A stretch of 64,000 nt of DNA from positions 16,767 to 80,766 of the IMG/VR virus record IMGVR_UViG_2558860994_000004; one strand, given 5' to 3'. A program made the position numbers and the translations under genes. Within the stretch, counting starts at the first letter, position 1; each line of letters begins with the position of its first letter. Of this stretch, positions 1 through 8,359 are shown piece after piece. The notes below the pieces were generated by a model. The model saw only the letters and a program-made list of their open reading frames with translations. It did no database searches and was not told the DNA's origin. Origin of the DNA: a virus (taxonomy: Duplodnaviria > Caudoviricetes).

Positions 1-55
1 AGATGTGATTGATGGATATATTCAACTTATTTCCAAGGTCACTGTGGCCTAATCC

Positions 56-754
56 CTACCACTCATACTGGCCATTATCGAGCTTGTGAAAAATTTCCTG
101 TGTGTTGATAAAGGCTACTTGTGAGGGATGGCAATTATTGACCTTTGCAGCCTGTATCGCCAGATTCATTGTGGTGTTATAGGCGTTGCTATGTTGTTTT
201 AAGTCATCCAGCATTTTGGGAATGTATTCAAGCCGGTTGTCAGTTTTCTCAATGTATCTGCCAGTAACCTGGTAGATATGGGAAATTAGATAATCAGGGG
301 TAAAGCGCGGTGTTTCGTCCAGCCAGTCCACAGCGGCGTCATACACTGTTTCTGATTGGGTAGCCAGTTCATTCACCAGCATCTGACAAAGTGACCGCAT
401 CATCCAGCCGGATTCATTTTTTCTAAAATTATAATCCTCACAATAACAATAAATGATGTGTAGCTGACTAATAAACAGTGGAAACAGAATATCCACGGCA
501 TAGGTAATTTTCTCAATCATGACAGTGCTGTTTTCAACCACGGGCTGCTGTTTTTTATAGACAATCCGTTTACCTTGGGCGGCCTGCTGCACTTCATAGA
601 CTAAGCCCCATCCAAACGCGATATCAGGACTATCTTTGCCATTGTTATTTTCAGGTAGGATATCGTATGCAGCATCACATAATGCCATTAGCTCATCACT
701 GGTGCCGGAAACCCGAACGCCTAAGTTATTTGGGGTCAATGAAAGCAACAGCAT
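56..754 (-). CDS. Hypothetical protein, resembles DUF6904 family
   Basis: 232 aa ORF; N-terminal TPNNLGVRVSGT and LVYEVQQAAQGKR pattern recalled from DUF6904. Confidence 0.55.
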   Translation of the reverse strand: MLLLSLTPNNLGVRVSGTSDELMALCDAAYDILPENNNGKDSPDIAFGWGLVYEVQQAAQGKRIVYKKQQPVVENSTVMIEKITYAVDILFPLFISQLHIIYCYCEDYNFRKNESGWMMRSLCQMLVNELATQSETVYDAAVDWLDETPRFTPDYLISHIYQVTGRYIEKTDNRLEYIPKMLDDLKQHSNAYNTTMNLAIQAAKVNNCHPSQVAFINTQEIFHKLDNGQYEW

Positions 755-795
755 TGTCTATCCTCAATTTTTTCAAGAGAATATATTAATCTGAC

Positions 796-837
796 CGGAA
801 CTGCCATGTCTGGATGCTTTATTGATTCAGGCACTAT
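796..837 (+). promoter_or_regulatory. Putative late promoter (variant) for tape measure gene
   Basis: CGGAACT at 796, CACTAT at 832 (36 nt spacing instead of 35). Confidence 0.55.
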
Positions 838-865
838 TACCCTATGTTGAAATAGGGTAATACTC

Positions 866-3277
866 ATGCAAAACAATCAATCAGCCAGCGGCCTACAGTA
901 CGATGATTTAGGTTTTATTATTGGCATGAAGCGCATGGGGCGTGATATCGATAAGATTGATATCAACGTCGAAGCCATACGCAAAATACTGGAACAGGCT
1001 GCTACAGAATTTAAAGCGATTGCTGGCCAGTCTGAGCGCCAGCAGCCCTCACTAAGTGCCTATCAGCGTGCTTTACTGGATGCCACACAACGTACGGCAG
1101 TTGATTTTGAGGAACACCTTCAACGCACCATCACACCCGTTAATCAATCATTGGTTGATATGGGTAATGCCACTGAAGAATTAATAAACCTGGTTGATCA
1201 GGTGGCAAGCCAGCAGACCAGTCCTAAGCAGGCCAATAACCGCAGTACTGCAAATAATTCGGGCAATAGACCCGGACGCAGCCGTATTACGCCAAACAGC
1301 GACACGGTTGACATCGGTAGTACAGAATCGCTAAGACGTAACTTTAGCCGCCAGAATGCAGATAATGCACCAGGTGATGATGCAACCAGTGACCGTAGCC
1401 GTGATTCACGGGGCCGCTTTACTGGTGATGGTTCTGGTGATGGCCAGAAATCATTTTTTGCAAAAGTTGCCAAAGGGTTTGTTGGTGCAATTAAAGGGTT
1501 AATGCCTGATTCAAAAGGGGTGGACCCGACTGTTGATGCCATTAACGAGCTGGGCACATTGTTATCACCTGTGCGCAAGGTGGCTGGCTTTGCCTTACGT
1601 CCACTATCCGGGCTATTCAAAAGCCGTAAACGCAATGAGCCTATTCCACGAGAACAGGAACAACATAACCGACGCCAGATTAAGCTATTACAGCGTATTG
1701 CCGACAATCTGAAAGGTACACGGGCAGGCAAGCTGCTGGGCGGCGCTGGCGGCCTGCTAGGTGGGTTGTTCGGTGGTGCTGGTAAAGGCTTGGGCAAGCT
1801 GCTTAAGGGTGGTGGCAAAGGCCTGCTAAAACTGTTGAAGTTTGGCCGTGGTATTCCACTGGTAGGTACCGCGCTGGCCGCCGGTGCTTCGCTGTTTGAC
1901 TGGAAAAATCAAACCACTGAACAAAAGGGCGGTAGTGTGGGTTCGCTGGCTGGTGGTGCAGCTGGTGCGGCCTTAGGTAGCCTGCTGGGGCCAGTCGGTA
2001 CTATTGCCGGTGGTATGCTGGGTTCATGGGCTGGCGAGAAGCTGGGTACTGTGGTTGCACCATACGTCAAGAACTGGACGGATGATCTGACTAAGGCTGA
2101 TATACCAGGTCGCATTGTTTCAGCGTGGAAAACCTTTACTGATGGCTTGGGTACATACTTTAAGGAAGCCTGGGACAATATTGTTGAGAAAGGCAAAGAG
2201 ATTGCCAGTGATACCAAGGATACTGTCTTTTCAATTGCAGACTGGAGCGCATCACTTCTTGATAAAGGTCTGGCTGGTATGGGTAGTAAGGATGCTCAAG
2301 AACGGGTAAATCAGCGTGAACGTGGCGAGATTGGCTACCAGCGTAAGGGATATCAGGCCAAGACGACACAGAATGCGCCTACGCTTTGGCAAACGATGCA
2401 GGACAGCGCTAATAGTTTGATGATGCAGCCAGCTACCGGAAAATACGCGCCATTACTGGATGAAATTGCCCGAGGGGAGTCACGCAAAGGGGCGTTTGGT
2501 ACATCAGGCTATGATGCTGTTTATAGTGGTGCCACGGTTAAGCCGTCAAAGCCAATTTCACAAATGACTGTAGGCGAAGTAAAAGCCTATCAACGGCAAT
2601 TAATGAAAGCCGGTTCTACATCCACTGCAGTGGGCCGCTATCAGTTTATCCATAACAAAGGTGCTTTTGCCAAGATGGCCGCCGAGGCTGGTTTAAAGGA
2701 TAGCGATATTTTTAATAATGCTGCCCAAGATAGGCTTGCCATTCATTATATGGGTGGGGCACAACAAATAGATAAGTGGATTAAAACCGGCAACCATAAG
2801 GCTTTAACTAATAAGGTTGCTGAGCAATGGGCCAGCCAGAAAAACAGTAGAGGCTTTGGGAACTATGATGGTGATGGGTTAAATACAGCCCGGCATGGCG
2901 GCGTTGCAGTCATTCGTGACCTTAGTGAGAAAATTGCAACAAATCAGGCCACTGTTCCGCAAACTAAGGCAACTGAAATCAAGCCTGCGCAAATACCAAA
3001 AGCGACCAAGCCCATTATTACCAAAGATTCCCCTGTTTATGTCTGGCGTAAACCGGTTGAGGCAAAGGCTACTCGTTCAACCACTACAACAAATCTGGCG
3101 ACTCAGCAGGCCAGCGCTGCTCCTAAAGTTGAGTCAGTCAAAGAGCGCTTATCATCACCAGCACCTAAGGAAGTGGTTGTGGTTAATCAAAATAATGATA
3201 CGATTAGCCAAAACGTGAGCAATAGGGGCCTTGCTCATGCATTTACTGGTGGGTTAGGGATGGGGAAGCATGATTAA
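866..3277 (+). CDS. Tape measure / injection protein with lysozyme-like (lytic transglycosylase) domain, P1 Sit-like
   Basis: Gly/Ala/Leu-rich helical middle; C-terminal ES..GYDAVYSG..MTVGEV..AVGRYQFI..QDRLA..EQWAS lysozyme-like motifs. Confidence 0.8.
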   Translation: MQNNQSASGLQYDDLGFIIGMKRMGRDIDKIDINVEAIRKILEQAATEFKAIAGQSERQQPSLSAYQRALLDATQRTAVDFEEHLQRTITPVNQSLVDMGNATEELINLVDQVASQQTSPKQANNRSTANNSGNRPGRSRITPNSDTVDIGSTESLRRNFSRQNADNAPGDDATSDRSRDSRGRFTGDGSGDGQKSFFAKVAKGFVGAIKGLMPDSKGVDPTVDAINELGTLLSPVRKVAGFALRPLSGLFKSRKRNEPIPREQEQHNRRQIKLLQRIADNLKGTRAGKLLGGAGGLLGGLFGGAGKGLGKLLKGGGKGLLKLLKFGRGIPLVGTALAAGASLFDWKNQTTEQKGGSVGSLAGGAAGAALGSLLGPVGTIAGGMLGSWAGEKLGTVVAPYVKNWTDDLTKADIPGRIVSAWKTFTDGLGTYFKEAWDNIVEKGKEIASDTKDTVFSIADWSASLLDKGLAGMGSKDAQERVNQRERGEIGYQRKGYQAKTTQNAPTLWQTMQDSANSLMMQPATGKYAPLLDEIARGESRKGAFGTSGYDAVYSGATVKPSKPISQMTVGEVKAYQRQLMKAGSTSTAVGRYQFIHNKGAFAKMAAEAGLKDSDIFNNAAQDRLAIHYMGGAQQIDKWIKTGNHKALTNKVAEQWASQKNSRGFGNYDGDGLNTARHGGVAVIRDLSEKIATNQATVPQTKATEIKPAQIPKATKPIITKDSPVYVWRKPVEAKATRSTTTTNLATQQASAAPKVESVKERLSSPAPKEVVVVNQNNDTISQNVSNRGLAHAFTGGLGMGKHD

Positions 3278-3740
3278 TACTAAAACAGTGATTTACGGTG
3301 TTTTACTTAGCAGTGTGAGTATATTGGCTCATGCTGATAATAATGTTCCACAGTTTAAGGACTATCCAGCCAAGGTATACAACGGTAAACCCGCTAAATT
3401 ATTATTGAATAATCAAACTGCAAAAGTATTTAAAACACGTTTGACCGAGGCATTAAAACAAAAACCTGTCTATGCAGGCGAATATGTTTTAGCGTCTTGG
3501 GGGTGTGGCACAGAGTGTGTATTTTATACCTTCGTCAACAAAAGAACGGGCCAAGTACTTGATAAAGGTTTTGGTGGTGAAACCGGCGAAGATATTAAGG
3601 ATTTTAAGTTAAACAGTAAGCTGTTAATCACTCGTAAATCAGACTTTGATGATAATTATAATGAGGTTGGCAGTTCTACAAATTATAGTGTCGTGAATAA
3701 TGATCAGTTTAAAGTGATTAAAGCGGTAGCATCGGAATAA
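3270..3740 (+). CDS. Exported hypothetical protein
   Basis: Signal peptide; FKDYPA..KTRL..YAGEY..WGCGTEC..TGQV pattern; lower GC than flanks. Confidence 0.75.
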   Translation: MINTKTVIYGVLLSSVSILAHADNNVPQFKDYPAKVYNGKPAKLLLNNQTAKVFKTRLTEALKQKPVYAGEYVLASWGCGTECVFYTFVNKRTGQVLDKGFGGETGEDIKDFKLNSKLLITRKSDFDDNYNEVGSSTNYSVVNNDQFKVIKAVASE

Positions 3741-4453
3741 TGAATAAAAAAGTAATAATTATAACTGCCCTGATTATTGGTCTGGCAGCTTTAATCGGTG
3801 GATATCTTTATTTTATTTATACTCAGTCCTCACAGAAGGCAAATCATCAAGAAATACTCCATACGGATGACACTGGTAGTCAGGCTGTACGTGAAACAGT
3901 CCCACAGCAAAGTGAAAATACTACACCTGATGAGTCTACAGTAAGCGAAGATTGGCAAGCCGTTCATACCGAAGAAAGCTTTATGAATACTGGTATTGCC
4001 TACTTAAATCATAATGAGATTTTTCGCGGATTAATGTTCGGGGATTTAGAGAAAAATGCCCAAATTAAGGGAGTAGGCTTTGTTAATCAGATTTTTAAGC
4101 AAGATGGATATGATGTTGCCCTAATCAACTTGTTAAAAGACTCTGATAAAGACAAATGCAGTATTTCTTTTAATGGCTTGTCAGATAATTATGCTTTGAT
4201 TGCCTTTCAGCACTCCCCTAGGGTTTTAGAAGGTGATGTAATCGCCTTTAAGGGAATGGCCGACAATATAAAGTTCTCATATAAAAATGCATCAAACATT
4301 TCAAAAGAAGTGCCGGTTATTTATGTGGCTTATTACAAGGGTGGGGCTAACCTACCAGGCCTTGAACTTGAGTTTTATACGTGTGGAACCATGTTTGGCA
4401 AGCCAGCCTCTCAAGAAGATGTAAGCCGTTTTTTAGAGAAAAATAAGTTATAA
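3740..4453 (+). CDS. Membrane-anchored hypothetical protein
   Basis: 237 aa, one N-terminal TM helix, coupled to previous gene. Confidence 0.75.
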   Translation: MNKKVIIITALIIGLAALIGGYLYFIYTQSSQKANHQEILHTDDTGSQAVRETVPQQSENTTPDESTVSEDWQAVHTEESFMNTGIAYLNHNEIFRGLMFGDLEKNAQIKGVGFVNQIFKQDGYDVALINLLKDSDKDKCSISFNGLSDNYALIAFQHSPRVLEGDVIAFKGMADNIKFSYKNASNISKEVPVIYVAYYKGGANLPGLELEFYTCGTMFGKPASQEDVSRFLEKNKL

Positions 4454-4462
4454 CTAAACAAT

Positions 4463-4503
4463 TGGAACCTACCAGATTTAGCCAGACCTTAGATTGATAC
4501 CGT
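4463..4503 (+). promoter_or_regulatory. Putative late promoter
   Basis: TGGAACC at 4463, TACCGT at 4498. Confidence 0.6.
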
Positions 4504-4534
4504 GTTTGCTCAAATTTTGATTGAGTGATGCAAT

Positions 4535-5353
4535 ATGAGTTTAAATGATCTGGTTTTCTGGTTGGGCTTCATTATTGGTATTGCCCTTGTATTAATTTGC
4601 ACAGGGATTTTGCGCTATCTCAAGCCAAGTCGTACTTATGATAAACCGCCTTTTGTGCTTGAAACTTTCCCTATGCCTTCATACAGTCCATTAGAAGCAC
4701 TACGCGAAGATATCCGTAAATTGCATGGGAAATTTGATGAATTATTTAAGCCTTATGTGACCGGTTGTGAAAAATATAAACCAGGCTTAGAAGAGCTTTC
4801 TAGGAAGTGGGCAAAGCCGGAAGTTAAACCCAGTATTGTCCCTCAGACTGATTTAAAAACATCACTGGCCAAGGCTGGTTTAGATAAGCTAACACCCGTA
4901 GCAAAAACGAAAATTGCGGATCTGGATGGTGAAACCATTTATGAGGATGCAGACGGCCGCCGGGTATTGTCCCCAACTTCTGTTGAGATCAGTGGCGAGA
5001 AATACAAGCTTTTAGCAGGCCGTACCTATATGGTTGATGTTAATGAGCTGCGTACCATTGATATTGAATTCCAGGCTGGCAACCCGGCAGTTAATGGGGT
5101 AAATGGCCTAACCAATGAATTGCTGCTGGCCATTCTTATTGATCGTACGAAGGTGCTGGATAGTGAGCAGCCTTGTGATGAAAACAAGCTGGCCTTGGAT
5201 TATATGCAGTCTGCGCTTGAGTGTTTTCAGGAACGTATAAAGGTCCAGAAACATAAGCCTATTGATAATAGCGATTTGAACGAGTTGCTTGAGCAGGCAA
5301 TAGACTTATGTAAATCTAATGATGAGATGAAAAAAGAATCAAATCAACATTGA
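4535..5353 (+). CDS. TM-anchored protein with C-terminal Tad1/Acb2-like domain
   Basis: N-terminal TM; residues IEFQAG..NGVNGLTNELLLAILIDR..C.EN.LAL..MQSAL resemble Tad1 IHFQEG..GINGVNNEDL..R..CREN..AI..LQE (recalled). Confidence 0.7.
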   Translation: MSLNDLVFWLGFIIGIALVLICTGILRYLKPSRTYDKPPFVLETFPMPSYSPLEALREDIRKLHGKFDELFKPYVTGCEKYKPGLEELSRKWAKPEVKPSIVPQTDLKTSLAKAGLDKLTPVAKTKIADLDGETIYEDADGRRVLSPTSVEISGEKYKLLAGRTYMVDVNELRTIDIEFQAGNPAVNGVNGLTNELLLAILIDRTKVLDSEQPCDENKLALDYMQSALECFQERIKVQKHKPIDNSDLNELLEQAIDLCKSNDEMKKESNQH

Positions 5354-5354
5354 T

Positions 5355-5395
5355 TGGAACCAGCCTCATTGATGCCAATTTGAGCTAAGTACATT
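5355..5395 (+). promoter_or_regulatory. Putative late promoter
   Basis: TGGAACC at 5355, TACATT at 5390. Confidence 0.7.
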
Positions 5396-5396
5396 A

Positions 5397-5421
5397 GGGA
5401 CTCTTTCATAGAGTCCTTTTT
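5397..5421 (+). terminator. Intrinsic terminator overlapping late promoter start
   Basis: GGACTCT-ttcat-AGAGTCC followed by T-tract. Confidence 0.65.
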
Positions 5422-5437
5422 ATTTAGGTCAAAGATT

Positions 5438-5815
5438 ATGCGTAAATTACGAATTGGTTTAATTGGTCTTATGGTTGGTTTGGCAATTACTGCATGCAGT
5501 GATAATAACTATCACCCTACTTATAATGAAACACCAGCAACGGCACAGGCTCAACAAGGTGGCATTAATAACAATGATGTACTGGTTGCTGGTGCCGGGG
5601 CAGTAGCCGGTTATATGCTCGCCAATCGCAACAATCAGGCAAACCAGTATCACGCTCAGGATTATGGCGGTCGCTCATATCCGGCAGTCCACAAAACGGT
5701 AGTAGTGAATAAAGTGGTGAACGTATACCACAAGCCTAAACGCGCCAGTTATTTCAAGCGTTCATATTCCAGCTCACGTTCCTATAGCACCTCGCGTTCA
5801 TCCCGACGACGATAA
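5438..5815 (+). CDS. Lipoprotein with Ser/Arg-rich basic C-terminus
   Basis: Lipobox LAITAC at residue 20; ends RSYSSSRSYSTSRSSRRR. Confidence 0.75.
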   Translation: MRKLRIGLIGLMVGLAITACSDNNYHPTYNETPATAQAQQGGINNNDVLVAGAGAVAGYMLANRNNQANQYHAQDYGGRSYPAVHKTVVVNKVVNVYHKPKRASYFKRSYSSSRSYSTSRSSRRR

Positions 5816-5818
5816 CAC

Positions 5819-5859
5819 TGGAACACGCCAGCTTTTCAATAAAGTATGGTCAGTAAATT
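5819..5859 (+). promoter_or_regulatory. Putative late promoter
   Basis: TGGAACA at 5819, TAAATT at 5854. Confidence 0.65.
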
Positions 5860-5886
5860 AAGGGTTCATTGAAGGACCCTTTTTTT
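5860..5886 (+). terminator. Intrinsic terminator overlapping late promoter start
   Basis: AAGGGTTC-attgaa-GGACCCTT plus T-tract. Confidence 0.65.
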
Positions 5887-5900
5887 ATTGGACTAAAATC

Positions 5901-6047
5901 ATGCTTAAGCATTCTGTACGTCGTTCATTCCTGCAACGAGCCTTTATTGCCTTGATCAGCGTGATTGATAGGATGCAGGAAAAATTAACAACACCTACGA
6001 TAACCAAGCCACTGGAACCGCCCAGATTTAGCATAAATCCTGAGTGA
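5901..6047 (+). CDS. Small 48-aa ORF not in the ORF track
   Basis: ATG at 5901 after GGAC RBS-like site: MLKHSVRRSFLQRAFIALISVIDRMQEKLTTPTITKPLEPPRFSINPE; has its own promoter box at 5819. Confidence 0.55.
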   Translation: MLKHSVRRSFLQRAFIALISVIDRMQEKLTTPTITKPLEPPRFSINPE

Positions 6048-6053
6048 CACAAT
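6013..6053 (+). promoter_or_regulatory. Putative late promoter
   Basis: TGGAACC at 6013, CACAAT at 6048. Confidence 0.75.
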
Positions 6054-6083
6054 AAGCCCTAATGAGATATTGGGGCTTTTTTT
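6054..6083 (+). terminator. Intrinsic terminator between -10 box and start codon
   Basis: AAGCCCTAAT-gagat-ATTGGGGCTT then TTTTT and ATG. Confidence 0.7.
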
Positions 6084-7010
6084 ATGACAACGCCAAAACC
6101 AAGGGGCAGAAAGACCAAGCCGATTACTTATAACTTGCATGACCGGGGCTGGAAACACAACGGCCCTGACCGTAGCAACGTCGATATGCAGTCCATGATT
6201 CGCTTGATCAATAGTTCCGGTGTGCAGGAACTGGTTGATGAAGGCAAATTATGGGGCTACTGCGGTCATAACATTCGCCAGCGCTATGGCATGCGGCCAC
6301 CTGAAGCCATTGTCATTGAAGGCAAGATGGTTTACTTGGCACCTGCGTTTAAAACCATTGAAATTAAAGCGCATGCAAATGGTGACGTTACCCATCGTGC
6401 TGAGTTTACGACCAATGAAGCGGGTGAGTGGGCGCGTGAGCAATATCTGGCTCAGGTTGGTGGGTTTAGTACAGCGGTTAATTTTAAGCAATTTACCATG
6501 CCGAAACAGGTATCTGGTTTTTTTGGCTTTGATTATGTGCTGCAACCAAATTACACGACTAATGTTGGTGATGGCCAGCTTTATGACGGCCTGTTTTTGC
6601 CTGAGGATGTGTCAGCTGATAGTGGGGTTGCCTGTTTTGATAGTCTGACCAATGTTGAGCAGCTTGACCCGGCTAATGCTCAAATTGCCCGGATGCTAGA
6701 ACAGCAAATCTTAAGTGACATGCAGAACATCAATGCGCAATTGGGTTTGTTGCAGCATGCAGAACGTGCATATGACCATATTGAAGCCATGGCACAGCAG
6801 GAAGCGCGACGTGAACAGCGTGAGAACTTGCAGGCCCAGCGGCAGGCCGAACTGTACACGGGTATGGTTGGTGAGATTCGCTCATTTGATTCAGTGTGTG
6901 CAGAGGCAGATGAGTTGCTACAGCGCGCTATTAATCCTTATGACACCCGCACACGAACTGAACCGGCGAAGAAAAAACCCCGGCTGTTTTCATTTGGTAT
7001 GCGCTCATGA
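6084..7010 (+). CDS. Prohead (head-processing) protease, P1 Pro-like
   Basis: VQE..G.LWGYCGH..RQ..G..PE, NGDVTH..E, GGFS, FFGFDYVLQPNY motifs match recalled P1 Pro. Confidence 0.75.
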   Translation: MTTPKPRGRKTKPITYNLHDRGWKHNGPDRSNVDMQSMIRLINSSGVQELVDEGKLWGYCGHNIRQRYGMRPPEAIVIEGKMVYLAPAFKTIEIKAHANGDVTHRAEFTTNEAGEWAREQYLAQVGGFSTAVNFKQFTMPKQVSGFFGFDYVLQPNYTTNVGDGQLYDGLFLPEDVSADSGVACFDSLTNVEQLDPANAQIARMLEQQILSDMQNINAQLGLLQHAERAYDHIEAMAQQEARREQRENLQAQRQAELYTGMVGEIRSFDSVCAEADELLQRAINPYDTRTRTEPAKKKPRLFSFGMRS

Positions 7011-7816
7011 GTGCCGCCATTGCTGATCCGCTCAAGGCCATTCAGGATGCCTGGTATAAAACGCTGATTGATTTTCGGGCGTGGTACATGCCTGAAACCC
7101 AGCAAACGGCAGAATGGAAACAACGGGTACTGGGGCATGCCATTAAATCCTGCCCGGGCCGCATGATGGATGATGCCGAGGCCATGCTTGCCGAATACCG
7201 CAAAGCCCAGAATGCAGCGGTGGCTGGCGGTGCGACTGCGTTTATGCCGGTCATGTTGACGGCTACAGCCATTGTTGACCAGCCGCCCAACGTCAGCCAA
7301 CTGCCCAATGTGCCCTATTTTGTGGATGTCATTATTTCGGGCAAGCCTGCAAAAATGCGGCTCATTCCCAAGACAGTTCGCGCACAAATCGCGTTCTTTG
7401 CTACCAATCCTCACGATGCCCGTTCTATCTGTGATCAGGTGTGTGCCTACGTTACAGATGACATCAAACGTCGTATCGCCGTGCAGTTTGATTTTGGCGA
7501 CGGGATTAAGCGGCCTAGTCCATTCACCGTACTTGAAAATGAGCTTTTCCCTACGCCTGTACCCAGTGAAGCCATCAACCTGTCTATATTCACTGTTGAC
7601 GCGCAGCTGGTGGGTTATGTACCTCAGGTACTGGGCCTTGGCGGGCAGTTTGATAACACGGTGGGCAATGGATACAACCCTGACGGTTCGCCAATAGATA
7701 AGCCGCCGGTTAATGATTCAGTGGTTGTACAGGCCGATGCCTTTGACGTTGGCCATACCCGCGTGTTGGCGGATCCTGAAACTGGTATTGTGACCGTGGA
7801 GCAGCTTGATGATTAA
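7007..7816 (+). CDS. Phage morphogenesis protein (putative tail/head completion)
   Basis: 269 aa, coupled within late operon; function not recognised. Confidence 0.6.
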   Translation: MSAAIADPLKAIQDAWYKTLIDFRAWYMPETQQTAEWKQRVLGHAIKSCPGRMMDDAEAMLAEYRKAQNAAVAGGATAFMPVMLTATAIVDQPPNVSQLPNVPYFVDVIISGKPAKMRLIPKTVRAQIAFFATNPHDARSICDQVCAYVTDDIKRRIAVQFDFGDGIKRPSPFTVLENELFPTPVPSEAINLSIFTVDAQLVGYVPQVLGLGGQFDNTVGNGYNPDGSPIDKPPVNDSVVVQADAFDVGHTRVLADPETGIVTVEQLDD

Positions 7817-8351
7817 GGTGACTCCCAATGAAATTAATCCGGCTGATGAGATTGTACGCATTGATAGCCGCGTCATGGGCTTTAACGGTGAACCTGTCCG
7901 TATTCTGGCTGTTTGTTTTAAAGACACTGGGGAAATGCGGATTGAGAAAAAAGAAATTTACACCAATCTGCCGGTACCTGCGGAATTAAAGGCCAATACC
8001 ATTGTCGTGACGGACGCCATCCACCAGGTGCAAAACTGGGATATGCCGTTTAATCCTGAAAAAGACCTGGCTTCGGTTATCACGGTGTACCAGCAACGAT
8101 TCCGGGCCGGCCTGATTGATATTGAAAAATCCCTCAACCGCTATAACCCGAAAACCGTGCTGCAGGTGCGTAAGGTTGATGAAAAGGGCTTAAAACAGGA
8201 ATTTGACAGCAGCAGCTTAAACAATGGTCACGTTGCGGTATTGCTCTGCGTGTGGGCCAGCCAGCGTGTTGCGATCAGCCATAGTATTACACATGCACAG
8301 GGGATAGATGCCAAAGCCATAGATACCTCGATGTTGCCTTTTAGCATCTAG
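7806..8351 (+). CDS. Hypothetical phage protein upstream of terminase
   Basis: 181 aa ORF coupled to neighbours. Confidence 0.7.
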   Translation: MMIKVTPNEINPADEIVRIDSRVMGFNGEPVRILAVCFKDTGEMRIEKKEIYTNLPVPAELKANTIVVTDAIHQVQNWDMPFNPEKDLASVITVYQQRFRAGLIDIEKSLNRYNPKTVLQVRKVDEKGLKQEFDSSSLNNGHVAVLLCVWASQRVAISHSITHAQGIDAKAIDTSMLPFSI

Positions 8352-8359
8352 GGGGCAGC

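Noticed and set aside
4384-4424. TGGAACC inside the 237-aa gene (also TGGAAC at 990, 14406, 46634 and others)
   Set aside because: No A2/T6 hexamer at +35 and not upstream of a gene start; used as negative controls for the promoter motif
7806-8351. Terminase small subunit
   Set aside because: Position fits but no HTH or other recognisable small-subunit features; left as hypothetical
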